Shown: positions 23,679 to 34,305 of the stretch, in pieces
Position numbering within the stretch: position 1 is the stretch's first letter
Layout of the letters: each line of letters opens with the position of its first letter
Source: Octopus bimaculoides
Lineage: Eukaryota
Length of the DNA stretch: 51,949 bases
Direction of reading: 5' to 3'
Assembly: GCF_001194135.2 (NCBI RefSeq)
Contig: NC_068994.1
Location: 31,743,649-31,795,597 of the forward strand
Position numbers and translations under genes: made by a program
The notes under the pieces: model-generated
What the model was told of the DNA's origin: nothing
Seen by the model: the letters and a program-made list of their open reading frames with translations, nothing else
The model's database searches: none

Positions 23679-25385
23679 ATGGACAAGATGCAATCTGTCA
23701 AATCAATCCAATCTATGTGGAAACAGTTTACATTTTGTGGTAAAACCTACCATCGGAATGATCAGTGGAAGACAACCAACAATGGCAATGAAAATGATAA
23801 ACAGAAGAAAACGCAGCCTGCAGCCCAGCTGGGCAGTTTACTCCAAGAGATGCCTCAGCAACAACAACAACAACAACAGCAGCATCAGCAGCAACATCAA
23901 CATCATTCACACCATCCTCAACATAATCATTTATATTCTAATAATTACAACTATGCAAACAATAATAGCAACCTCAGCAACAACTCTCCTGGTGGTGGTG
24001 GTGGTGGGGGCAATGGTAGTAATAGTAGCAGTAGTAGTAGTATGATGAATGTAAATCATTCAGTGACTGTTACAGGTTCTAATCATGACAGTACCCTATC
24101 AACTGGTTCAATACGTGGCATGAATCCTGAAATCAAAGAATTCAGGTGCAATCTCTGCCCTAAAATATTCTCACAACAGACGGGTCTTCAAATTCACATG
24201 CGAGTCCATTTAGAAAAACCTTTGAAAGTTTCAACTAGTCCTAAGCATTATGGTCAAGACTCTGCCCAGAAAAACCATGAACATAGCCATTCCTCAGAGA
24301 AAACTTACCAATGTAATGTTTGCTTCAAGACATTTAATCAACAAGTGAACCTGCGTAACCATGAACGAACACATACGGGGGAAAGACCTTTTCAGTGTAA
24401 TGTTTGCATGAAATCATTTACCCAGCAAACCATACTTCATAACCACCAGCGTGTTCACTCAGGTGAGAAGCCCTTTAAGTGTATTATCTGTGAGAAATCA
24501 TTCAGTAACCAAACTATTTTAAAAAACCATGAACGTGTACATACTGGTGAACGACCATTTAAATGTAGCAATTGTCCAAAGGCATTCAGTAATCAAACCA
24601 TCTTAAAAAACCATGAACGTGTACACTCAGGAGAAAAACCTTTCCAGTGTTCTCTATGTCTGAAAGTTTTTAGTCAACAAACAAGTTTGAAAAACCATCA
24701 ACGCGTCCATACTGGCGAGAAGCCTTTCCAATGTGGTGTTTGCTTGAAATCTTTCAGTCATCAAACCATTCTTAAAAATCATGAACGAGTCCATTCTGGG
24801 GAGAAACCATATAAATGCTTAGTTTGTTCAAAGTCATTCAGTCATCAAACTATTCTAAAGAACCATGAACGTATCCATTCTGGGGAAAAGCCATTTCAGT
24901 GTAGTGTTTGCTTGAAGTCCTTCAATCAGCAAACTATCCTTCGAAACCATCAGAAAACACACACTGGGGCATTTCCATACAACTGCTCTTTCTGCACAAA
25001 GGTCTTCTCAGAAGAAGAGTATTTAAAAGACCATGAATATGTCCATCGAAAACATCAAGATATTAGAAATGATCTCCCTAGGGAGGATGAGGTGGGAAGC
25101 CCCACCCCACCATACACACCACCTGTTCAATCATCTTCCTCACCTCCTTTATCATCAAGGTCCTCTCCAATGCAACAGTCTACTCCATCAACCTCAGGTC
25201 CCTCCTCATCTCCTGTACCATTTTCTTCAGCGCCTATTCCACCAATGTGGCGACCTCCTGCATATCTGCAACCGATGCCACCGCAGTATTGGGAAAATGA
25301 TTATAATTGGTCTAGGGCTTTCTCTGTGTCAACATATTTAACACCTTGGACAAAGCGGTCATCAAACCGTGGGAAAACTCACTGA
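23679..25385 (+). CDS. ZNF-A: C2H2 zinc-finger protein, 568 aa; Q/H/N/G/S-rich N-terminus, 10 intact fingers plus 1 degenerate finger, P/S-rich C-terminus
   Basis: Uninterrupted ORF; CX2CX12HX3H repeats with TGEKP/SGEKP linkers at 24141-25046; candidate acceptor ttttcAG at 23604-23605; AATAAA at 25811-25816; no KRAB/SCAN/BTB/ZAD domain seen; start codon uncertain. Confidence 0.95.
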   Translation: MDKMQSVKSIQSMWKQFTFCGKTYHRNDQWKTTNNGNENDKQKKTQPAAQLGSLLQEMPQQQQQQQQQHQQQHQHHSHHPQHNHLYSNNYNYANNNSNLSNNSPGGGGGGGNGSNSSSSSSMMNVNHSVTVTGSNHDSTLSTGSIRGMNPEIKEFRCNLCPKIFSQQTGLQIHMRVHLEKPLKVSTSPKHYGQDSAQKNHEHSHSSEKTYQCNVCFKTFNQQVNLRNHERTHTGERPFQCNVCMKSFTQQTILHNHQRVHSGEKPFKCIICEKSFSNQTILKNHERVHTGERPFKCSNCPKAFSNQTILKNHERVHSGEKPFQCSLCLKVFSQQTSLKNHQRVHTGEKPFQCGVCLKSFSHQTILKNHERVHSGEKPYKCLVCSKSFSHQTILKNHERIHSGEKPFQCSVCLKSFNQQTILRNHQKTHTGAFPYNCSFCTKVFSEEEYLKDHEYVHRKHQDIRNDLPREDEVGSPTPPYTPPVQSSSSPPLSSRSSPMQQSTPSTSGPSSSPVPFSSAPIPPMWRPPAYLQPMPPQYWENDYNWSRAFSVSTYLTPWTKRSSNRGKTH

Positions 25386-25395
25386 AAGAACTTTG

Positions 25396-25770
25396 TCATC
25401 ATCATCATCATTGGCATCATTATCATCATCATCATCATCGATACCATCATCATCATTCCACATTTTAATGTCCACTTTTCCATGCTTGCGTGGGTTGGAT
25501 GGAGTTTATCGAGGTAGATTTTCTGTGGCCAGACATGTTCTCACAAAATACTGGAAACGAATGACAGTGACAGTCATTTTACAACTATCACATGATGTCA
25601 TAACAAGGAGACACAAACGCATATGCACACATACATATGTGTGAATGGTGGGTTTCTTTCAGTTTTCAAATACTAAATCAACTCACAAGGCTTTGCTCAG
25701 CCCATGGCTATAGTAAAAGACACTTGCCCAAGGTGTCATGCATTGGGACCGAACCCTGAATCATGTGATT
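25396..25770 (-). mobile_element. RTE-tailed SINE variant, antisense, in the predicted 3' UTR of ZNF-A
   Basis: (cat)n..ttaatgtccacttttccatgcttgc tail, then the shared CORE-like body gacacttgcccaaggtgtcatgcattgggaccgaacc. Confidence 0.8.
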
Positions 25771-25924
25771 AAGATTTCAAGGTCAGCTGAAATCATCTTT
25801 GTGAGTTCCCAATAAATGAAATTAGCAATCTGATTTTTTAAAGCTTCACTTTAACAGTATTATCAACTAATTAAGACATTATCACAACCACTACCACCAC
25901 CATCATCATCATCATAATAATTAT

Positions 25925-26045
25925 TATTTGCTTTTCATCCTTTTGGGGTTGATAAATTAAGTACCAGTTGAACACTGGGGTTGATGTAATCGACACATCC
26001 CCTCCTGCAAAATGGCTAACCTTGTGGCAAAATTTGAAACCATTA
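25925..26045 (+). mobile_element. Nin/Deu-like SINE 3' half
   Basis: ttgcttttcatccttttggggttgataaattaagtaccagttgaacactgggg. Confidence 0.75.
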
Positions 26046-26687
26046 TTATTATTATTATTATCATTATTATAATTAGTATTGTAATTACTATTGTAATAGA
26101 GTGACAGATGAAATGCCTTGCTGTGTTTAGTTACATCTCTGTAGCTTCAAATACTGCAAAAAGTCAACTTTCACCCTCTCATTCTACAGACAACATATAG
26201 AATCCCTGATATAACCCTAACCCGTCTCAATACAATTGTGTGCTCTTGTACCAATGTAAAAATTGTAAAAGAAGGAAAAAAAAAAAGAAAAAAAATTTAC
26301 CATTTATAATGTTCCTCTTCCTCATCATCACTACCACTATTGTCATGATCATTTTCATCATCATCATTAAGTGTTCATCACTTATGGAAAATATATTTTT
26401 GTCTTGCAAAAGCTATACAACAAAACGAACATTTCCAGAGGTTATTTATTTACTGTGACCAGAAAGTTGTGAATTCTATATATTTGGCATTATGGTCTCT
26501 TTCTTTATCTCTCTGTCATATGTATGTGTGTATATGTGTGTGTGTGTGTGCAATTTCATTTTTTTAATTTAGAGTTAATTTTGACTGGCCACCCACTTGG
26601 TAGCAAGGTTGTGAAGGAGAGCATCTTGTTTTCTATCTATGTATGTATGTATGAGTGTGTGTGTGTATGAACGTATGTATGTATATA

Positions 26688-26901
26688 CAAGGGGGTGCTG
26701 AAAAGTTCTTGGCTTTAAGGGTATCATAAAAAGCCTGGTTGGGGACCCAACCTTCAGTTCTTTTACAGGGCTTAGGAAAACTGAAGGACCGCTGCAATAA
26801 TTGTGTGAATTTGAGAGGGGAATATATTAAACAAAATCATAATTAACTGATCTTCCTGCATTTTCTTTTACCCAAAACCAGGAACTTTTCAGCACCCTTC
26901 A
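26688..26901. mobile_element. mariner-derived MITE, ~214 bp
   Basis: TIRs caagggggtgctgaaaagttcttgg / ccaggaacttttcagcacccttca; TA flanks. Confidence 0.85.
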
Positions 26902-27499
26902 TAGTTTTTCTATAAATTATCTTGTGATGCTCCAGAACACATCATCAGTAGTGTTTCCTGGTCTTTCATCAGTCACACTCACAACTGGATGATCCAGCTG
27001 GAGTTGATCAAGCCCCAGCTTGTCTCCAGTTAGCACTACACCTGGTAGCACTGCCCCTTTCAGGGCTCACACTTCCTGACCTACAGCCAATCTTAGGCAA
27101 TCTCAAAAGATGACTAAGTCAGGAAGTGTCAACTTGATGGCCTTTCATCTATTTGCCTCTGTAAGCTGTGCAGAGAAAATACCCTGCACACTTTTTACAT
27201 CCCATATAAAAAAATATATATATATATTTATATAAAATAAAACTTAGATATTGTCATATTTCAGGATGGTCATTTATTTTCTTGCCAAATAAATACATGC
27301 ACTATTTGGCAAGAAAAAGGAAAATGACCATCCCAAAATATAACAATATTTGTTTCAACACACAATTTCACATCAAGAATCTTGCAAAACAAATACATAC
27401 ATGTAAAAACTTAGTTATGTTTCAGCCAAAATTGGCCCAGGCCATGTCTCACTTAGCATCATCACCTAATAGAATCTTTTAAGTCATTTTAAAGTCAAG

Positions 27500-28355
27500 T
27501 ATTGTGGTTTTATGGCCCATTCAAGTTAGGGAGTTGTTATTGACTGAGATGTATCCAGGTACAGGTGGCTTGTTTTGGTATCCCTTTCCAGATATTGTTT
27601 GAAGGTGATGATCCTTTTTTGCTTTGATTCGTTTTGGGATGTTGAATTGAGTAGGGCTAGTTAAGCAAAAGTATTCGTGTTGCAATGTGATTATGTGTTA
27701 TGACTCTGAATTGTACAGGGAGTGTATGGCATGGGGTCCTAGTCTTTATTGAATTGTGAACTTGATGTTAAGATCATTTGGGCAATGCGAGTAATATATT
27801 CTCCACATTATGCAAATGATATAATTCTCACAGTGTTATTAGGGAGAACCGAATTTCAATGTTTTAAGGCAGTCACAATAATCAAAATCAGTCATGCTAT
27901 TTATTTTCTTTTATGATTGTTCTCTGGGGGTGTCTCAGTTCTCGTAATGTTTTGTTCAGTATGGTGAGACCATCGATATGACGCCTGACTCTCTGGACTG
28001 GAAAGTTCTGAGGATCCAGGAGTTCATCTGTTTTATTGTTGATGTGAAAGCTCCAGTTGAGATTGTTGTCAACAATTACTCCTAAGTTTCTGATATCATT
28101 GGATGCCATGAGTGGTTTGTCTGAAGCAAAAGAATATGGTTGTTTAAACATTCTCTTTTCCAAAGTGCATGAGTTAAAATTTTCTCTCATTTAACAACAT
28201 TTTATTTCTGTCCATCCGTTCACTTGCAGCATGCAGATCGGACTGGAGTTTTGTTTGGTCTTCTCCACTGATGAGTTTTGGGATCATGGAGTCATCTGAA
28301 AATATCTTTATTTTACTCTGCTTGATGACATTTGAGATGTCATTTATACAGACTA
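27500..28355 (-). mobile_element. Decayed CR1/L2(Jockey)-group LINE RT fragment
   Basis: INDISNVIKQSKIKIFSDD (YADD box), LQSDL, MLLNERKF, IRNLGVIVDNNLNWSFHINNK across frameshifted ORFs. Confidence 0.85.
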
Positions 28356-28389
28356 TATATATAAAATGTGTGTGTATACACACACAAAT

Positions 28390-29668
28390 AGGGTATGGGT
28401 AGTATTTATTCGCATGATGACTTCTCAGGAGAAAATAAAACAATGTTTTTATTTTTTGAGATATATTTGTCAAATTTGGGTCAGTTTGTCTTCATGACAT
28501 GCTCTGTCGATCTCACTCAATGAACCTACTTTTGGCCTCAATGACAGCCTCCAGGTGACCTCAGAACTGGCCACAGGCCTTGGTCACTATTTCCCGTTTT
28601 AAGCCCCTGAAGGCCCTGGTAATCCTGGCCCTCAGTTTGTTCTTTGTGTTGCAGCTGGATATGTTGGACTCTTGTTCCGCCACACCCCACACAAAGAAGT
28701 TAAGGGGGTTGCAGTCAGGTGAGTTGAGAGGCCAAATGTCAGGTACTGTGTCATCAAAGAAATTCTCCAACAGCCAAGCCTGGGTCTTTTGGTTAGTGTA
28801 GCAGGGTGCGGAGTCTGGCTGGCACGCATACACAGCTGCCTGGTCAATTCAGGGTTTCACCATCTCGCTCAGAACATAGGTATAGCTGTCAGTGTTCAAC
28901 CAGAGGCTCTCAGGGCAGAAGTGGAGTGGCATGACATCACCTTCACCACTGAAGACCATGACTGTTGCTGGAAATTTAATCTGCATGACTCTAGGGGTGA
29001 GATAGTGAGCCACCCGTTGTTGCTCTGAGAGTTAATCTTCTGGTCTTGGCCGTAATTTTTCTTGTCAGAGAAGAACCACAGCATGCCTGGCTTCAGTAGG
29101 TGTTTCAACTTGTTGATCAGCTTTTTGGTGTGCTTGAGTCACTTTTCCTGCATTGCCTTGGACAGAAATTTTCCCCCTTCCTCATCTTGTATGAAAAGTG
29201 TTGAATTGAATATCTTCATGCACCACCAGCCTGATGAGCTTTTCATCCACACCTTTCTCCTGTGCAATGACACACATTAACTTGCTGATGATTTCTTGGA
29301 TTGCAATGATGAATTCCAGATTTCTGATGGTTTTAGATCATTGATTACAGGTTTTCCTCCCTGCTGTTCCAACATAGTTGAAACCTGAATCTTTTAGCTC
29401 CTTTGTAGCCTTTTTCACCATCCTCCTGTTGATGTCAAGGAAGGCAAAAATCTTGTTTGCCCTTCCTTTCAGCATAGATTCCAAGCACTCCATGCCTCTT
29501 CCAAAAATTCGGGTTTTCAAAATTTTCCATAGTCAATTATTCTGCAAAAAAGTAAAGCAAAAATGGTTATTGTTTTTAAGAAGAAAAAGATGGATTACAA
29601 AAGTAAGAAAATTATGTGTTAAATTAGCAGTTGAAAATTGCGAACAATAATGTCTGCACTGTGTGTGT
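28390..29668 (-). mobile_element. Near full-length (~1.28 kb) DD37D (maT-like) transposon, transposase pseudogene at ~28513-29530
   Basis: WFFSDKKN, QPDSAPCYT, WPLNSPDCNPLNFFVWG; 37 residues between the second D and the third position (now N); frameshifts and stops; degenerate TIRs sharing tatt(n)ttcgca. Confidence 0.85.
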
Positions 29669-29899
29669 GTGTGTGTATCATCATTATTATCATGGTTTCA
29701 TGTCGACTGTATATAAAATGTGAAGTAGTTGGCATTAGGAAGGTCATCCAACTGTAGGAACCATGCCAAAATAGACATTAGTGCTTAGTGCAGCTCTCTG
29801 GCTCTTCAGTTCATGTTGAACAATCCAAGCCATGCCAGTATGGAAAAGGGATGTTAAATGATGCTGATATATATATAAAATTGTGTCTGTGTGTTGGGT

Positions 29900-31700
29900 G
29901 CCTGTCAGCGTGCTGTGGACCAGTTTGACTTTTCCAAGTGTCCCTGACATCTGAACTTCCCCTGCTGAACTCTTGGACCTTTGATGTCTCCAATGCCACA
30001 AAGACATAAAACCAGCTGACATGGGTGGGGCCGTGGTGGTGTAGTGCATCGATCTCTACAAGGTAGAAGCTCTCTGCCAACTTCAACCCCACGCCCAGCT
30101 ACCAACAGACTGTGTCCTCCACTATCCATAACCTCATTGTCCGCACCCCCACAATTTGCTTCCTCCCCAAAATCCACAACCCTGGCTGCCCCATTGTCTC
30201 CACCTGCAACTGAACTCATCTCCAGATATCTTGACTGTGTCCTACCCCCCTAGTGGCTTCCCTCCCCTCTCACATCCATGACACCAACTATGCTCTTCGT
30301 TTGTTCAACTCTTTCTCCTTCCCTCCTGGCCCCTCTAAACTTCTCTTCACTCTTGACATCAAGAGTCTATACACAATGATCCCTCACCACAAGGGGCTGT
30401 GTGCACTCCAACATTTCTTTGACCTTCAATCCAACCCCCAACCTAACACATCCATACTGCTTTGTCTGGTCGAACTTGTCCTCTCACTTAACTGCTTCTT
30501 GTTTGTGGTTGATTTGTACCAGCAGATCTCTCGGGAGTGGCCATGGGAATGAGAATGGGCCCAACTATGCGAACCTGTTCGTTGGCTACATTGAGGCCCA
30601 AATATTCTCAAGTTTCACTGATTCCACTCTTGAACTATACAGTCGTTATACTGATGATTGTATCGGTGTGACCTCACTCTCCCGCGAACATCTAGACTCC
30701 TTCCTCTCTTTTGTCAAATCTTTCCATCCTGCCCTCCACTTCTCCTGCACTATTTTCCGACACCTCAGTCGCCTTTCTCGACATTTCGGTCAGCATTCAT
30801 CACTCCACTCGCACCACCTCCATCCACTACAAACACACAGACTCACACTCATACCTCCTCTTCCTCCTACCCTAAACACACCAAGCTCTCCATCCCCTAT
30901 TCTCAATTCCTCCGTCTACACAGGCTCTGCAGTGACAACCATGACTTTGAGACTCAGTCTCAACTCATGGCTCGCCACTTCATCCTNNNNNNNNNNNNNN
31001 NNNNNNNNNNNNNNNNNNNNNNNNNNNNNNNNNNNNNNNNNNNNCGCCACTATCCACACCGCCCTTGCCAGAGCATGTTCTGTGGACTGTGCATCTGCTC
31101 TCTCCCCCCACATCCGTCTCCCGTTTCCCCTCACATACCACCCCCACTAGCCTACCATTCTCCAAGCCTTCCGGCGACTCCAGTCTGACCCCTCCACTTT
31201 ATACATCTTCGCTAACCGACCCCTCCCCTCCTTCAAATGAGCCCACAATGTACAAGACCTCTTGGTCCACAGCTTCTTCCCTAACCCAACCTCCCAACCC
31301 GGCTCGCTCTCCTGCTCCTGTCCATACTGCCGCACTTGCTTACCTCTCCAACACCACCCTCCTCACAGGCCCCTATCATATCACTGACTCCTTCACCTGC
31401 ACTTCTGGCAACGTCATCTGCTGCATCTGTTCTCTCTGTCCTTCTCTATACATCAGTCAAATGGGATGCCGCTTGGCTGACCGGTTTGCGGAACACCTCC
31501 AAGACATCAGACTTGGCAATGACACCCTGGTCTCATGCCATTTCCGCTCTACTGGTCACTCTTTACAACACCTCTCTGTGATCAGATTGTCCTTGCACAG
31601 GGGCCATCTGGACTCCCGTCTTCGCCGTGAGCAGGGATTAATCTTCTTTCTTCTCTCCTTTGTGCCACATGGGCTCAACTCTCCTCCCCTCTTCATCTAA
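29900..31700 (+). mobile_element. Penelope-like element (RT plus GIY-YIG endonuclease), pseudogenised
   Basis: KPADMGGAVVV, LPKIHNPG, TLDIKSLYT, MGPNYANLF, YSRYTDD, IPYSQFLRLHRLCS, FTCTSGNVICCICSLCPSLYISQMGCRLADRFAEH (degenerate GIY-YIG), HGLN. Confidence 0.92.
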
Positions 31701-32308
31701 CCTGCCTCTTCTCTCTTCTCTTCCTCCCCCACCTCTCCTCTCTTGCTCTGGCACCTACTTACTTCACTCCTATCCACCCTGTCCCTTCATCCTCACCCCC
31801 TCCCTCATNNNNNNNNNNNNNNNNNNNNNNNNNNNNNNNNNNNNNNNNNNNNNNNNNNNNNNNNNNNNNNNNNNNNNNNNNNNNNNNNNNNNNNNNNNNN
31901 NNNNNNNNNNNNNNNNNNNNNNNNNNNNNNNNNNNNNNNNNNNNNNNNNNNNNNNNNNNNNNNNNNNNNNNNNNNNNNNNNNNNNNNNNNNNNNNNNNNN
32001 NNNNNNNNNNNNNNNNNNNNNNNNNNNNNNNNNNNNNNNNNNNNNNNNNNNNNNNNNNNNNNNNNNNNNNNNNNNNNNNNNNNNNNNNNNNNNNNNNNNN
32101 NNNNNNNNNNNNNNNNNNNNNNNNNNNNNNNNNNNNNNNNNNNNNNNNNNNNNNNNNNNNNNNNNNNNNNNNNNNNNNNNNNNNNNNNNNNNNNNNNNNN
32201 NNNNNNNNNNNNNNNNNNNNNNNNNNNNNNNNNNNNNNNNNNNNNNNNNNNNNNNNNNNNNNNNNNNNNNNNNNNNNNNNNNNNNNNNNNNNNNNNNNNN
32301 NNNNNNNN

Positions 32309-32364
<56 letters not shown>

Positions 32365-33146
32365 GCACACACATGTTCATTCCCATCAGAGTACATATGG
32401 CACCCCACTTCTAGTCTTTCTTGCCGTCACTAAGCTTTTATGTGTCCATCTGTTATACTGTTTCATAACCATGCCCCTTTTTGTTTGGCTAGAACCTTGG
32501 TCCAGATCATCTTCATTGAGAGCAAAGACTATTCTTGAGATCTAATTTTTCCCACGATAGGGCTTCAAAATGCGATGGACACTTGATTTTAAAATTCTTA
32601 TCTTGTGACTCGTTTGCTGCACAGATTTTCTTGAACACTAGCAATATGTTTCTAGTACCTGCTTTTGCTTTATGGGGCTTGTAGATGTTCGTGATTTCCA
32701 GAACATTTCTTGCGGACATTCTGGACAATTCAGTCTGCTTCAAACTTATCTTTAATTCAAGTGATGGCAAGTCATGTAGGTGGATCTATTTGAAACTCAT
32801 TTTTAAGCTTTCTTTAGACATTGATTGCCTTTTCAAATTTCCAATAGCACTTAGGATAAATTTCCCCCATTCTAAGATTAGTCTGGCTCCTTTCACTATT
32901 TCTAATGGGTTAAATTGAAAAAGAAATGAAAATTGCATTACCAGCTGTTAAAGCGTGTATACATGGTTATGGATGATGATGATGATATATATTATAAAGG
33001 ATTTTTTTGTCTAATGACGTAATATAATAGGTATGTACTGTAAGCGCTTAGTTTGGTTTACCACTAAGACTTTGGCTTGAACTTCAACAGAAAACAAGTC
33101 GGTGTTGAGGCTGCCTAGAAGTGGTTCATTGTGGAGTGGGTATATA

Positions 33147-34043
33147 TATATTAGAAATGAAGAACAGACAAGCAAACCTTGTGGTATCACTTTACAACCT
33201 TTAATTTATAATTTAAACATAGATTAGAGTAGTTATAGTAAATAGGTAAAGTCTCTTACAACTGTTTCTAGAATAGCTAAGCATGTAGAGCATGCGTTAT
33301 TGAGCAAAATTTCCCACATAAGCTAAGTAGTTTGTCATCAAAGAGAGAGAAATAAATAAGGAATATCCTTATACTAGGATATTAGTAGTTACCAGTTCAT
33401 TGAATAACTAAAGATTGTCCAAAGTAGAAATATATTAGTTGTTAGTTCCATGGTGGAAGAATTAATGAAATCTTTAGTAAACAATGATATCCATTACTAG
33501 TTCCATTGTTGAAGTATCAAAGAAAATCTGAGGTGTAAGATGATAGAAGTTACCAATTCCATCAACCCTCATGCACTTATCTTTCCTTCACACTCTCTTG
33601 TACTCTTTGAAGACTCATATCTACCTCACTTTCTCTTCAAAAATGGAAATAGTACTTTGGATTTTCCTTAATACTTCAACAATGGAACTACTAACAGATA
33701 TTTTTGTTTACTAAGGGTTTCATCAATTCTTTGACCATGAAACTAACAACCAGTATTATATTTCTTCTTTGGACACTCCTTAGTTATTTAACAAACCTGG
33801 TAACTATTAGTATCCTTCTTTAAGGATATTCTTTATTTCTCTCTTCCCAGTGATGGAATACTTAGTTTACTTGGAAATCCTTGTGCAATAACGCATGCTC
33901 CACATGCTTAGCTATTCTAGAAACAGCTGTAAGAGACTTTACCTGTTTACTATAACTACTCTAGGCTGTGTTTAAATTACAAATTATAGATTAAAGGCTC
34001 TAAAGTGATACCACATCTTTTGCTTGTCCTTTATTTCTTATAC
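33147..34043. mobile_element. Foldback-type element: ~380 bp inverted arms, ~130 bp spacer
   Basis: Arms ~33147-33528 and ~33660-34043; for example a 57 bp stretch differing at only 2 positions (gtaaagtctcttacaactg...gcgttattg). Confidence 0.85.
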
Positions 34044-34244
34044 ATGTGTGTGAGATATATATGTGTGTTATTTGTATAAGTGATATATATATATATATAT
34101 ATTATTGAAATCGTAGGAATTTTATAAACTTTCAGGAGCTTGTGAAATGATTCTTTTTTGGAATAGTATATTTTGAAGCATATGCATAAAGCTATAAATT
34201 ATAGCATGTAAATCTTGGGTAGAAAACCCCCTTTTGGATTGAAA

Positions 34245-34305
<61 letters not shown>

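Noticed and set aside
23727-23775. FCGKTYHRNDQWK as an extra zinc finger
   Set aside because: Only one Cys and no correctly spaced His pair
24300-25000. 84 bp periodic repeats, and the 41 bp units at 40432-40555, as a CRISPR-like array
   Set aside because: Periodicity is the zinc-finger coding unit or an RTE minisatellite; no invariant repeat with unique spacers, no cas genes, eukaryotic context
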